Assembly (NCBI GenBank): GCA_030603365.1 | Contig: JAUVXV010000013.1 | Location: 32,001 to 96,000 of the forward strand | Direction: 5' to 3' | Source of the DNA: Candidatus Heimdallarchaeota archaeon | Lineage (GTDB): Archaea; Asgardarchaeota; Heimdallarchaeia; Heimdallarchaeales; Heimdallarchaeaceae | DNA length: 64,000 bases | Part shown: positions 29,560 through 39,344 of the stretch, one piece after another | Layout: every line of letters begins with the position of its first letter | Position numbering within the stretch: the first letter of the stretch is position 1 | Translations under genes and position numbers: made by a program | The notes under the pieces: generated by a model | Database searches by the model: none | The model's input: the letters and a program-made list of their open reading frames with translations, nothing else | What the model was told of the DNA's origin: nothing

Positions 29560-30891
29560 TTGAAAAAACACTTAGAAATTTTGAAGAATCTTGTCGCTTA
29601 TAATACTGTAAACAACCCAATTGAAAATCAAATTCCTTCAAGAGATATTCTCGATCATATTAACGAGAATTACTTGCAACCGCTTGGATATTGTAGTGAG
29701 TTTTATGAAAAAGAAGATTATTGGTCTCTTTTTTCTTATTTAGAACGTGGTTCTCCAGTTATTTTGTTTATTGGACATTGTGATGTAGTTCCTATTGGTC
29801 CAAATTGGGAAACAGATCCCTTTGATTTAACATTAAAGGAAGAGCGAGCTTATGGAAGAGGAGCTTCTGATATGAAAGGAGCAGTAGCTGTAATGTTGAG
29901 CTTGGCAGAGGAGTTTAGGGATTACAATAAGGGGACAATAATTTATACAATCAATTTAGATGAAGAATCTGGTGGAAGAAATGGTGCCGGGGAATTAATC
30001 ACCTTATTACAACAAAAAAACCTTGAGCCTGATTATGTGATAAATGGAGATGCAAATGGTCTACAGATAATCAATAGACGGAGAAATCCCTATATTTCAT
30101 CTTTTAAACTAGCCAAGAAAATACAACAGATTAAAGGCATTAAAAAGGTTGAAAAATTCACAACAAAGATTGCTGCAGACAGAACTATGCATGCAGCATA
30201 TTTTATGCGAGATATTGATGTTCACTGCGCTGATGAAGTTTCAGATTTCTTAAGTGAAAATTCTTATTTCATTCATAAACTACGTGGATCATTTGTGAAA
30301 AATAACGTTTTACCTTCAGATATAACAATTGAGTATATAATTCCTGATGAAAAGAGTAATCAAACGCATGATGTCGATATGAATCTAACAAAATTCATAA
30401 GTTCGGTATCAAAATTCAATGATATAGATATTCCATCTGCTCCAAGTGATTATGGAATTAATCTTACATTTAATTATTATAGAGAAGAGAAAGAATATCA
30501 TCTCTGTCAGATGGATTTAAGAATTATGAGTAAAGATCACAAAGCAGTTGAGAACTATTTTCTCAATTTTGCTGATTCAGAAGGGATTGAGGCTGAAATA
30601 AAAACAAAAGGCAGCGTTGGACCTGTACTTACACCAAAAGAATCTCCATTAGTGCAAGTGTGTATGCAAGTAGCTAGAGAAATGAACCTAACACCTGAAC
30701 CTATGGAAATGGGAGGGGCAACAGATTCAAGATGGTTTAGTGCCATAAACATTCCATCCATCGAATTTGGTCCTTTAGGTGGAAATGTACATGGCGCAAA
30801 TGAATATATAGAAATCAACAGCCTAGTAACAGTAAAAGAGTTTTATTTTAGAATATATGAAAAATTGGTGGTAGAACACAAAGAAAAATGA
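29560..30891 (+). CDS. M20 family metallopeptidase/deacylase (ArgE/DapE-like)
   Basis: GHCDVVP, YGRGASDMKG, DEESGG, GGATD, HGANE. Confidence 0.9.
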   Translation: MKKHLEILKNLVAYNTVNNPIENQIPSRDILDHINENYLQPLGYCSEFYEKEDYWSLFSYLERGSPVILFIGHCDVVPIGPNWETDPFDLTLKEERAYGRGASDMKGAVAVMLSLAEEFRDYNKGTIIYTINLDEESGGRNGAGELITLLQQKNLEPDYVINGDANGLQIINRRRNPYISSFKLAKKIQQIKGIKKVEKFTTKIAADRTMHAAYFMRDIDVHCADEVSDFLSENSYFIHKLRGSFVKNNVLPSDITIEYIIPDEKSNQTHDVDMNLTKFISSVSKFNDIDIPSAPSDYGINLTFNYYREEKEYHLCQMDLRIMSKDHKAVENYFLNFADSEGIEAEIKTKGSVGPVLTPKESPLVQVCMQVAREMNLTPEPMEMGGATDSRWFSAINIPSIEFGPLGGNVHGANEYIEINSLVTVKEFYFRIYEKLVVEHKEK

Positions 30892-30949
30892 CTTTGGAAA
30901 GTAATGACTATATAACTGAATCATTGCTGACTACAAAAGAATTAAATCT

Positions 30950-31711
30950 ATGAACAAAAATCATCTATTAGATAATATGTCACTCGAACCAAAAAGAGCT
31001 TACAAAATTGTTCTTATAGGTGATCCCGAAGTAGGTAAAACTTCAATTAGAAGAAAGTACATGGGAAAGTCATTTAGAGCTGACTATCTAAAAACACTAG
31101 GAGCAGATTTTGCAGCTCAAAAAGTTAATGTGGAAGGAGAATCAGTTCTTTTAACAATTTGGGATTTAGCAGGTCAATCTATTTTTCATGGAATGAGATC
31201 TTCCTTTTATCATGGTTGTAAATGTGCATTAGTTGTTTTTGATGTTACCAACCCCCAAACCTTAGAAAATTGTTATAAATGGGCTGAAGAGGCAGCTAAC
31301 TTCGCTAAAAGTTCCATGAAAGAGATTTATCTTATAGGAAATAAAATCGATTTAGTAGATGATCGTTTAGTCAACCATGACGCAATAGCGAGCATCGCTG
31401 AGAAATTCAGAATAGCTTTCAAATTTCCTGTAGAAATCTATGAAACTTCAGCTTTAACAGGAGAAAATATAATTGAACTCTTCGAACATATGAGTAGAAG
31501 ATTAATCATTGGTGACGAAACTAGAGAAGAGCAACTAGAAGTGCAATCTGAAAATGAGCAACAGGTAAATGAAGAAAAAATCATTGAAGAGGGAGAAAAA
31601 ACAATAAGTAATGAAACCATAATTAAGATGCTTGAAGAACTGGAAAATAGAATAAACAACATTACTACTGACTTAAGTGAAATAAAGAAACAACTAAAAA
31701 ATGTTGATTAA
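30950..31711 (+). CDS. Rab-like small GTPase with C-terminal coiled coil
   Basis: G1 GDPEVGKTS, G2 YLKTLGADF, G3 WDLAGQ, G4 NKID, G5 ETSA. Likely start at MSLEPK (30977). Confidence 0.92.
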   Translation: MNKNHLLDNMSLEPKRAYKIVLIGDPEVGKTSIRRKYMGKSFRADYLKTLGADFAAQKVNVEGESVLLTIWDLAGQSIFHGMRSSFYHGCKCALVVFDVTNPQTLENCYKWAEEAANFAKSSMKEIYLIGNKIDLVDDRLVNHDAIASIAEKFRIAFKFPVEIYETSALTGENIIELFEHMSRRLIIGDETREEQLEVQSENEQQVNEEKIIEEGEKTISNETIIKMLEELENRINNITTDLSEIKKQLKNVD

Positions 31712-31895
31712 GGCAATTTCAAGGTATATTTGTTTTTTTTGTAGCACCTCAAATCAAAGAATTATCATTCGTTTTTTAAGAAACAATATTAGAACCCCCT
31801 ATAATATTATTATATAATATATATGCATAATATTTTTATATTACATGACAATAAGATAACTGCTTACATAAATGTAGGTAAAGGTGAAATAAAAA

Positions 31896-33128
31896 ATGAA
31901 TAAAAAAGGACTAATTTTGATATTCCTTTTCCTAGTTTCTGCCGTCGGTGCTGTAACTGTAACACAAGCAGCTACTGACAATCAAGTCGAGATTAACTTC
32001 AAATATGTCCCATCAGCTTATGTGCCAATGGGTGAAGTATATGTCGAATTTGACAGCAGATACTTGGATGACAGTAATGTATTTGGAGAAAATGACGACC
32101 TTTACTTTGCCTTCTTCTATGATGTAGCTGTTGAAGCATATTTTGGTGGTGCTGTCACATACGGTGGCGGAGCACAACCAGATAACTGGTTTTACGATGT
32201 CCAGGACCTCAACAGTAGTTGTCAATACACCGAAACAAGAGTTGTCGGAGCATTCAACGTGTTCCTAGACAATTTTGATATGGGTGTAAGTAACTTTGAC
32301 ATAGCCGTAGATAACGGAAACTATCAAGAAATTAAATTAAAACTTGATATTGGTTGGCACTACTTAACAATAGTAGCTGCTGAACTAGTTTCTGATTGCA
32401 ATCGCACCATGTTCTGGTGGGAATATGCAAAAGATGAAAAGAAATTCTACGTAGCTAAAGATAAAAACGACATTCCTACATTAGCAGAAGATGCATGGTA
32501 TAATGATGTCAGTATGACTACAACTGCAGTGAACTCAGAAGACTTAGGTCAATATTATAATTGGACAAGTTTCCTAGCTTCCCCAAGACCAGTTGCAGAA
32601 TCAACAGCAAATCAATATGCTGAAGATGACTTGGGTACGGAATTAGGACCTATAACAACAAATATTGCAGTTCAGTGGAACGCTTCTGACACAGTATTAA
32701 ATTGGGTAGACGGACCTTACGGTTGGGTAGTATATGACAACATCTATGAGATGGGGCCAACAACTCACGTGTGGTTTGTAAACAACAATGATATTGATGC
32801 AGCAAATGAAACATATGAACCTGATACTCTAACAGGACTTCAGCAAGGACAGAACTGGGTTTACTTCGTTCTCTTTGGATTCAGAGTAGATGATTACTCA
32901 CAATTATATGGAGCTCCGCTTCCTCAATTGGCAGCAGACTCAGTTGTATTTAGTGTGTATCTAGGAGAATATCCACCTGAAATAACAGAGACAGATCCAT
33001 GTCCAGAGTGCCCAGAATGTACAGAGTGTGAAGAATGTATTGAACCAACTCCAGGCTTCGGTATACTTATAAGTGTCTCAATGCTCGGGCTAGCAGCCGT
33101 ACTTATTCTGGTACGCAAAAGAAAATAA
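31896..33128 (+). CDS. Secreted cell-surface protein with PGF-CTERM-like sorting signal
   Basis: Signal peptide, acidic body, Cys/Pro/Glu linker CPECPECTECEEC, and tail TPGFGILISVSMLGLAAVLILVRKRK. Confidence 0.8.
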   Translation: MNKKGLILIFLFLVSAVGAVTVTQAATDNQVEINFKYVPSAYVPMGEVYVEFDSRYLDDSNVFGENDDLYFAFFYDVAVEAYFGGAVTYGGGAQPDNWFYDVQDLNSSCQYTETRVVGAFNVFLDNFDMGVSNFDIAVDNGNYQEIKLKLDIGWHYLTIVAAELVSDCNRTMFWWEYAKDEKKFYVAKDKNDIPTLAEDAWYNDVSMTTTAVNSEDLGQYYNWTSFLASPRPVAESTANQYAEDDLGTELGPITTNIAVQWNASDTVLNWVDGPYGWVVYDNIYEMGPTTHVWFVNNNDIDAANETYEPDTLTGLQQGQNWVYFVLFGFRVDDYSQLYGAPLPQLAADSVVFSVYLGEYPPEITETDPCPECPECTECEECIEPTPGFGILISVSMLGLAAVLILVRKRK

Positions 33129-33134
33129 AATTAG

Positions 33135-35135
33135 GTGAGCTTAAATATGAAAAATAAATCAGCGATTTTCGCATTACTTATAGCCACTAGCTTACTCACA
33201 ATGAGTGTTTTTAATGCAAACGTACAAGTACAAGGTGCTGACGCTATCGCCAACATAGTCTTCAAGACTAACGGTGGTGGTGTAAGACCTGACTATGGTT
33301 TGTTCATTGCACAATATCTACGTGATTTAGGTATAGAAGTAGAAGTAAAAGTCGAAGAATGGTCCGTATTCGTAGGAACATTGATTCTGACACACGATTT
33401 CGATATCGGTGTAGTCGGTTTATCCGGTGGTGGAGCATCTCCAGACATGAGAGATGTGTATGCCGAAGGCGGATCATTGAACCTATTCGGGTTAGGTCCA
33501 GATTTACCATATGGTAATCAAAGCGAACAAATGCAAGATATCGGTGTAACTATTACTGATCTTGATGCCAGACAACAACATTATTACGATTGGCAACAAC
33601 TAATGATGGATAAACTTATCCCAATATTACCATTGTTTTCCCCCAGATCTTATGTAGCAACATGGGCAAATACAATGGGATATGAAGGTAGATGGGGAAT
33701 AGTTGATTCCTTGCCATATATGTACTATGATGGCTATCACGAAGGTCAAGTATCACTTACCGAATTCACCATTGCAGACGCAAATTGGAGAGAACTCAAC
33801 CCATTGTTCACAGATGATACATCAAGTTCATTCATCTGGAATTTAATGTCTGAACCAATTCTAACATTCAGTCCAGATCTTGCACCTCTAAAAACTGGTC
33901 TAGTTATCGATTGGGAACAAATTGACGAATTCCATTGGAAATTCTATATGAGAGATGATGTCTATTGGAACCCATCCTACAACGTTACTGGAAGAACAGC
34001 AAACTCTGACCCACTAAGTGCTATACCAACTAGTGAATTGATGCTAGGTTTGAAAGCTGGAGATTACAGCGATGGTACTAACCAACAAGTTACTGCAAAA
34101 GATGCCGTATTTACCTATCTAGTTTGGTCAAACGCAGTAGTCAGTGAAAGTACAACTTATCATGATTGGATATCAGAATGTTATGTAGATCCAGTAAATG
34201 AATTAGCTTTCCACGTTCATATAGATGGTAATCCAGACACTCCTGATGTAGAACAATATGTAGACTTTTGGGCAAGACTCCCATGGGATATTATGCCAGA
34301 ATTCTTCTTGAACTCAACCGACCCAACTGTAACATACACAGATGGTGGAATTGAGTGTATTGGTCTATATGACTTAATGATAAACACACCTGAGTGGGTA
34401 ACATTCAGTACCTCTGCATTTGGTTGTGGTAAGTATATGTTAGATTACTACATCAGAAACTCTGTTACAATTCTACAAAAGAGCCCATTCTGGTTAGGTA
34501 TAGGCGCAATCGACGATACTCCTCAAGATTTAGACTTCGATACATTTATCATTCGTGTTATTCCTGATTCCTCTGCTGAATTAGCAGAATTCAAAGCAGG
34601 AAAATTGGATTGGACTGGTCTAACAGCATTCCCAGCAGAAAGAAAACAAATGCAAGCAGATCCAAGATTTGATGTGCAAACATTTATTACTAGTTCTATG
34701 ACCTTCATGTTCTTCAATCTACGAAGACCATTTGTTGGTGGTTCAGATAACTTCGATTATCTTGACACTGTTGGTAAAGAGGAATATACAGTAGGTATAG
34801 CAGTACGTAAAGCAATTTGTTATGCGATTGACAGAGCTGAGATGAACCAAGTACTACATGATGGTGAGTATCTGATAGCACACAGCGTTCTGTATCCATC
34901 CACAGCGTTCTATTACTACAACGACATCATAAAATACAATTATGATATCCGTTCCGCTTTTGAATGGTTAGGTGCTGCAGGTTATCCTGTACCAGATTTA
35001 CCACCGGAAACTACTCCAGTGACATCTACTCCATCAATACCAGTTGAAACTACTCCAACACCATTCCCATTGTTTGGTGTGATTGCTGCTATCGGTGCTG
35101 CATCCGCAATTGCATTCTATCGCAGAAGAAAATAA
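33135..35135 (+). CDS. ABC-type peptide/nickel solute-binding protein (family 5), circularly permuted, C-terminally anchored; copy 1
   Basis: LNPLFTDD, FYMRDDVYW, TAKDAVFT, FGCGKY, FKAGKLD, FNLRRP and VRKAICYAIDR motifs. P/T linker, TM and RRRK tail. Likely start 33147. Confidence 0.88.
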   Translation: MSLNMKNKSAIFALLIATSLLTMSVFNANVQVQGADAIANIVFKTNGGGVRPDYGLFIAQYLRDLGIEVEVKVEEWSVFVGTLILTHDFDIGVVGLSGGGASPDMRDVYAEGGSLNLFGLGPDLPYGNQSEQMQDIGVTITDLDARQQHYYDWQQLMMDKLIPILPLFSPRSYVATWANTMGYEGRWGIVDSLPYMYYDGYHEGQVSLTEFTIADANWRELNPLFTDDTSSSFIWNLMSEPILTFSPDLAPLKTGLVIDWEQIDEFHWKFYMRDDVYWNPSYNVTGRTANSDPLSAIPTSELMLGLKAGDYSDGTNQQVTAKDAVFTYLVWSNAVVSESTTYHDWISECYVDPVNELAFHVHIDGNPDTPDVEQYVDFWARLPWDIMPEFFLNSTDPTVTYTDGGIECIGLYDLMINTPEWVTFSTSAFGCGKYMLDYYIRNSVTILQKSPFWLGIGAIDDTPQDLDFDTFIIRVIPDSSAELAEFKAGKLDWTGLTAFPAERKQMQADPRFDVQTFITSSMTFMFFNLRRPFVGGSDNFDYLDTVGKEEYTVGIAVRKAICYAIDRAEMNQVLHDGEYLIAHSVLYPSTAFYYYNDIIKYNYDIRSAFEWLGAAGYPVPDLPPETTPVTSTPSIPVETTPTPFPLFGVIAAIGAASAIAFYRRRK

Positions 35136-35165
35136 GTTTCAATTCTCTTTTTCTTTTTTTTTATT
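33246..35165 (+). repeat. Left arm of ~1.9-kb inverted repeat (partner 42348-44267)
   Basis: Long identical nucleotide tracts with the reverse complement of 42348-44267, extending into the post-stop T-rich tract. Confidence 0.9.
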
Positions 35166-35176
35166 TTTCTTGTTTT
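35136..35176 (+). terminator. T-rich terminator
   Basis: ctctttttcttttttttatttttc after the stop, with a homologous tract after copy 2. Confidence 0.5.
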
Positions 35177-35301
35177 CCGCTAAGGAAAGATTCCTGTTAT
35201 AGCTAAATCATTCAGGAAAGCAATGGCAATTACAAAGCTTCTTAGATAATTCAAAATAGCACGAAGCTAAATCTTTGTAATCTCCTATTCGTGTATCTCA
35301 T

Positions 35302-35742
35302 CTAAAAGAAGATTGCAGCGAAGATAGATGCGATAATTAAAAATACGGATATTTTGATTAAGGGATGAATATTCTTAAAAAAAGAAATAACACTCTTGTT
35401 TTCTTGAGATTTTACAATAAATATCCTTGAGCTTCTTCCAGAATTTAGGTAGAATACAAAAAGAAGTACAAGTGCAGTGGCAATCAACATAAACATGAAA
35501 AATGCACCAAAGGAAAAAAGACTGCTTTCTGCGTTGAAAATGGTCTTGGATAAGAAATAGATTGCAACCATAAGAATAGGAGTATAGATTAAACTGCTAA
35601 AAGGAACAGAGAGTGCTATATCAAGAAAAATCCTACCTGCCGAAACCTCAAACAGATAGTCACAACGAGGACAAGAGTAGGAACGAAAACTAACATCTTT
35701 TTTACGTTTGGCTATATCAGAACCACAATAAGGGCACTTCAT
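35302..35742 (-). CDS. Zn-ribbon membrane protein
   Basis: CPYC...CPRC followed by three hydrophobic segments. Overlaps the upstream stop (ATGA). Confidence 0.7.
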   Translation of the reverse strand: MKCPYCGSDIAKRKKDVSFRSYSCPRCDYLFEVSAGRIFLDIALSVPFSSLIYTPILMVAIYFLSKTIFNAESSLFSFGAFFMFMLIATALVLLFVFYLNSGRSSRIFIVKSQENKSVISFFKNIHPLIKISVFLIIASIFAAIFF

Positions 35743-37922
35743 AATAACTTCCTTCTGATAATCCTTTTTCTAACAATTACTGTTGTTATGGCACCTATTG
35801 GAATCAATGCTAAGAAACTATAAGCCCATGTATAATTTTTATCCCCAGGGAAACTATTTTTATCTAGAGGATCAGATTTAGCTGCTACTTCCTCTCCGTC
35901 GGTATAACCGTCATCATCAGTATCAGGAAGAGAGGGGTCAGTTCCATAAATGTCCACCTCTTGTACATTGGTTAGACCATCACCATCAATATCTGCATCA
36001 GCATCTGGCAAAAGAGGATTAGTATAATATCTATACACTTCCTCACCATCCAATAACCCATCAAAATCGGTATCCGCAATTTCTGGGTCAGTTCCATAGC
36101 TTGACTCATGAACATTCAATAATCCATCCTCATCAGGATCTTCATATGCATCATAAGGATTGTTTGGATCCAAAATATTGTCATGTTCGATTTCATAATC
36201 ATCTGGTATTCCGTCTTCATCTGAATCCGATGAAAATGGATTAGTAAAATAGATAAAAATCTCTTCTCCATCTGTTAAACCATCAAAATCTGTGTCTGGA
36301 TTGAGCGGGTTGGTATTATATATATCTACCTCATCAATGTTTAAAATTGTATCTCCGTCTGTATCCGAATCTATATCTGAGGCAAGAGGATTTAGGACAT
36401 ATTGATTCACTTCTAAACCGTCAATAACTGTGTCACCATCGGAGTCATTATTGTAAATGTCTGTTCCAATAATTTCTTCTTCATGATCAAATAAACCGTC
36501 ATTGTCACTATCATAATTCTGTGTGTGTGTTGGAGACCCTAAATCTGATATCCATGGTGCAACCCCAAAATCATTTGTTTCTTTGATTATAACATATCCA
36601 CGAGCTGATACTATCACAATTTCCAATTCTTGGTCATTATCTATATCATAAATAAGTGGTGATATTTTATCTGAAATAGACAATGTCCTTGGTATTGACT
36701 CTTTAAGTATCCCATTGTGTTCTAAAATTATTGCATTAAAGTAACTTATTAGCACTATTTCTGGCATGTTATCTCTATCCAAATCAGCGATTGCTGGCGT
36801 TCCAACATATCCAGATCCTGCTAGATAGTAAAATTCGTTCACTACCTCCTCCCCTTGGACACCATAAACAGCTAGACCATCATTTAATAATTGTAGAATC
36901 TCTAACTCTCCATCCATATCTATATCAAATACTGTGCCTTGTGTTGTTATGTAAACTGGTAAGGGAATTTCTGTGCTCCATGTCTTGTTATTTGCTGGAT
37001 TAAGAGATATTCCATGTAGAATACTGAATGTAGATGCGATAAAGAGCTCCTTTTCTCCATTATTGTTAAAATCACCAATCAATGGCATTTCTCTTAATTC
37101 TTCATCAGGGTGAATAATTTTAATAGGAAACCTTAGCGGATATCCATTCACAATTGTACCATTTAGATGCCAAGCAAAAACAAACCCATTGTCTGTCGTT
37201 ACAATGATTTCAGGTTCTCCATCACCTGTTATATCTTCAGCAATTGGGGGAATAAAACTGACAGTGTCGTTAATTTGTATGGGCCAGTTAGTAAAATTCT
37301 GACCTTGATGATCAATATAAAAAATTGTACTACTCTTTTTTTGGATTAAAACAAATTCTTTCTCTCCATCTTGATTCAAATCATGCATGATTGTACCCTG
37401 AATAAATTCACCAGATATATCAAATCCAAAAGTTGTATTGATCTCAGCTCTTCGGTTTACGGCAAAGAAACTAGTTATTTGTTTATCGTTTTCTGTTTTA
37501 GTATATTTGGTTATAAAACTCGGATCTGATTTATTCAAGTCCATCCTCCCTAGAATTTCAACATCTTGCATATCCCATAGCAAGGTTAATGGCCATCCAC
37601 TTGCTAATCTGTCTTTATTAAGAAAGAATACTTTTTTTCCTTCTTCTCCAGGAATATCCCCGATTATTATTGTTTCTAGAACACCATCATCATTCATATC
37701 TAGCACAAATGGAGGGATATGATAATTCAGGTTAGTTAGTAAGATTATTACTCTATCTAGATCTTCAACATAAGCTGATTTGATATTAGAATTCAAAGTA
37801 TTCTTATAAGAGTTATTTAGGAAATTTATTGAATTATTTGAGTTATATAGCGATGAATACAGGATTACTAAGAGTAACACAATTGAGAGAATTTTACCTT
37901 GTTTAGTTTTCATATAAATCAA
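35739..37922 (-). CDS. Secreted FG-GAP/VCBS-repeat protein with Ca-binding DxDxDG (bacterial TSP3-like) repeats and C-terminal anchor
   Basis: DLNQDGEKE, DITGDGEPEI and DLDRDNMPEI repeats, repeated DTDxDGLxDxEE...TxP, TM followed by a basic tail. Confidence 0.8.
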   Translation of the reverse strand: MIYMKTKQGKILSIVLLLVILYSSLYNSNNSINFLNNSYKNTLNSNIKSAYVEDLDRVIILLTNLNYHIPPFVLDMNDDGVLETIIIGDIPGEEGKKVFFLNKDRLASGWPLTLLWDMQDVEILGRMDLNKSDPSFITKYTKTENDKQITSFFAVNRRAEINTTFGFDISGEFIQGTIMHDLNQDGEKEFVLIQKKSSTIFYIDHQGQNFTNWPIQINDTVSFIPPIAEDITGDGEPEIIVTTDNGFVFAWHLNGTIVNGYPLRFPIKIIHPDEELREMPLIGDFNNNGEKELFIASTFSILHGISLNPANNKTWSTEIPLPVYITTQGTVFDIDMDGELEILQLLNDGLAVYGVQGEEVVNEFYYLAGSGYVGTPAIADLDRDNMPEIVLISYFNAIILEHNGILKESIPRTLSISDKISPLIYDIDNDQELEIVIVSARGYVIIKETNDFGVAPWISDLGSPTHTQNYDSDNDGLFDHEEEIIGTDIYNNDSDGDTVIDGLEVNQYVLNPLASDIDSDTDGDTILNIDEVDIYNTNPLNPDTDFDGLTDGEEIFIYFTNPFSSDSDEDGIPDDYEIEHDNILDPNNPYDAYEDPDEDGLLNVHESSYGTDPEIADTDFDGLLDGEEVYRYYTNPLLPDADADIDGDGLTNVQEVDIYGTDPSLPDTDDDGYTDGEEVAAKSDPLDKNSFPGDKNYTWAYSFLALIPIGAITTVIVRKRIIRRKLL

Positions 37923-38087
37923 CTTTCAATTTTGAGCGTCTAGGATTTTGATTAATCTCCAATATGTTTGATATGCTAGAAATTTATCAGCCTTTATAAA
38001 ACACAAGTTTCGCACATTTATTACTGTTGTCCAAATGCAAGCTTTGGAAACAAATAAAGTTAAAACTCTTAAATATACTAGTATTTT

Positions 38088-39344
38088 GTGACAGCAGAAG
38101 AGAAAGATCCTACCTATAAGGATTGGCCGTTTAGGAAACGGTTGAAATTCCAAATCACCAAATACTGGAAATATACAATAAAATGGTTTCCTTTTGCTCT
38201 CATAATAGGTGCTATTAGTGGGACTTTAATGGCTGTATTTACCAGTCTTATTGTCAATCTTGAGATAGGTCTCCATGTTATCCCTGTTTATATAAAATAT
38301 CCTATTATTGGTGGTATTACTTCTTTATTGTTATATTTTGGTTACAAAGAAGTGTATGGGGCAGGTATATCTCATGTTCTCTCTCACAAAAACACAACAA
38401 CTCCTCTAAAAGCTAGAGGGTTGGTTACAAAGTTTTTTGCTAGTGTTCTAACATTAGGTGTTGGAGCACCAGCTGGAAGAGAAGGACCAGCGTTAACTCT
38501 TGGGAGTACTGCTGCGTATGTTATTGGTGATAAAATAGGTATGAGTAAAGAAGATGAAATGCATGCAATTACAATAGGAGCAGCAGCTTGTACAGCAGCT
38601 GTTTTTGGTGCTCCACTCGGTGGTACTGTGTTTGCTTCTGAAGTTCCTTACAAAAGAGATCTGGATGAAACAGTATTTCTTCCTGCACTTGTAGCAAGTG
38701 CGATTTCATTTCTAGTTTATGATTCTCTTCTAAACTTAATTCAAAAAATACCATTTCTTGAAATAGTCGGTTTCCCAAATCTCGTGATTCCTATAATACT
38801 CTCTAATGCTATGGCATTCATAATATCAATGGATTTCAGCTTATATAGAGGACAAATTCAGAGTAAGGAAGTAATTTTACGACGAACGATACAATATACA
38901 GATGTCCTTGAAACCTTAACTGTAAGAGAATCAATGCAAGATTCTTTTGTAACAGTAAATCAAGCTGATAAACTAGAAGAAGTTTTTCAGCTTCTATATT
39001 TACATAAAATCAGTTCTCTGTCTGTTGTAAATGATCAAAATAATCTAGTAGGAATGATAAGTGCAATAGATTTTCAACGTGGTTTTTCAAAAGGAAATAC
39101 TTTAGTAAAAGATGTGATGACGAAAGAGGTAATTACGGCATTTCCAGATGAAAGTTTATCGTTAATCTTTGATAGACTAACAACTTATAGCATTGAATGT
39201 TTACCTGTTATCGAAAGAGAGCAACCTCAAAGGATACTAGGAATATTGTCCTTTAGAGATATCGAATCAAGATATGAAACAGCGTTAACTAAAATTCATA
39301 GTAAAAGAAAACTAACCATAGAGGAAATAGAAGATGATTTTTAA
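38088..39344 (+). CDS. CLC chloride channel/transporter homologue with two CBS domains, internally deleted
   Basis: GAGI, GREGP and GAAACTAAVFGAPLGG motifs plus a CBS pair, but the membrane part is roughly half normal length. Confidence 0.8.
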   Translation: MTAEEKDPTYKDWPFRKRLKFQITKYWKYTIKWFPFALIIGAISGTLMAVFTSLIVNLEIGLHVIPVYIKYPIIGGITSLLLYFGYKEVYGAGISHVLSHKNTTTPLKARGLVTKFFASVLTLGVGAPAGREGPALTLGSTAAYVIGDKIGMSKEDEMHAITIGAAACTAAVFGAPLGGTVFASEVPYKRDLDETVFLPALVASAISFLVYDSLLNLIQKIPFLEIVGFPNLVIPIILSNAMAFIISMDFSLYRGQIQSKEVILRRTIQYTDVLETLTVRESMQDSFVTVNQADKLEEVFQLLYLHKISSLSVVNDQNNLVGMISAIDFQRGFSKGNTLVKDVMTKEVITAFPDESLSLIFDRLTTYSIECLPVIEREQPQRILGILSFRDIESRYETALTKIHSKRKLTIEEIEDDF

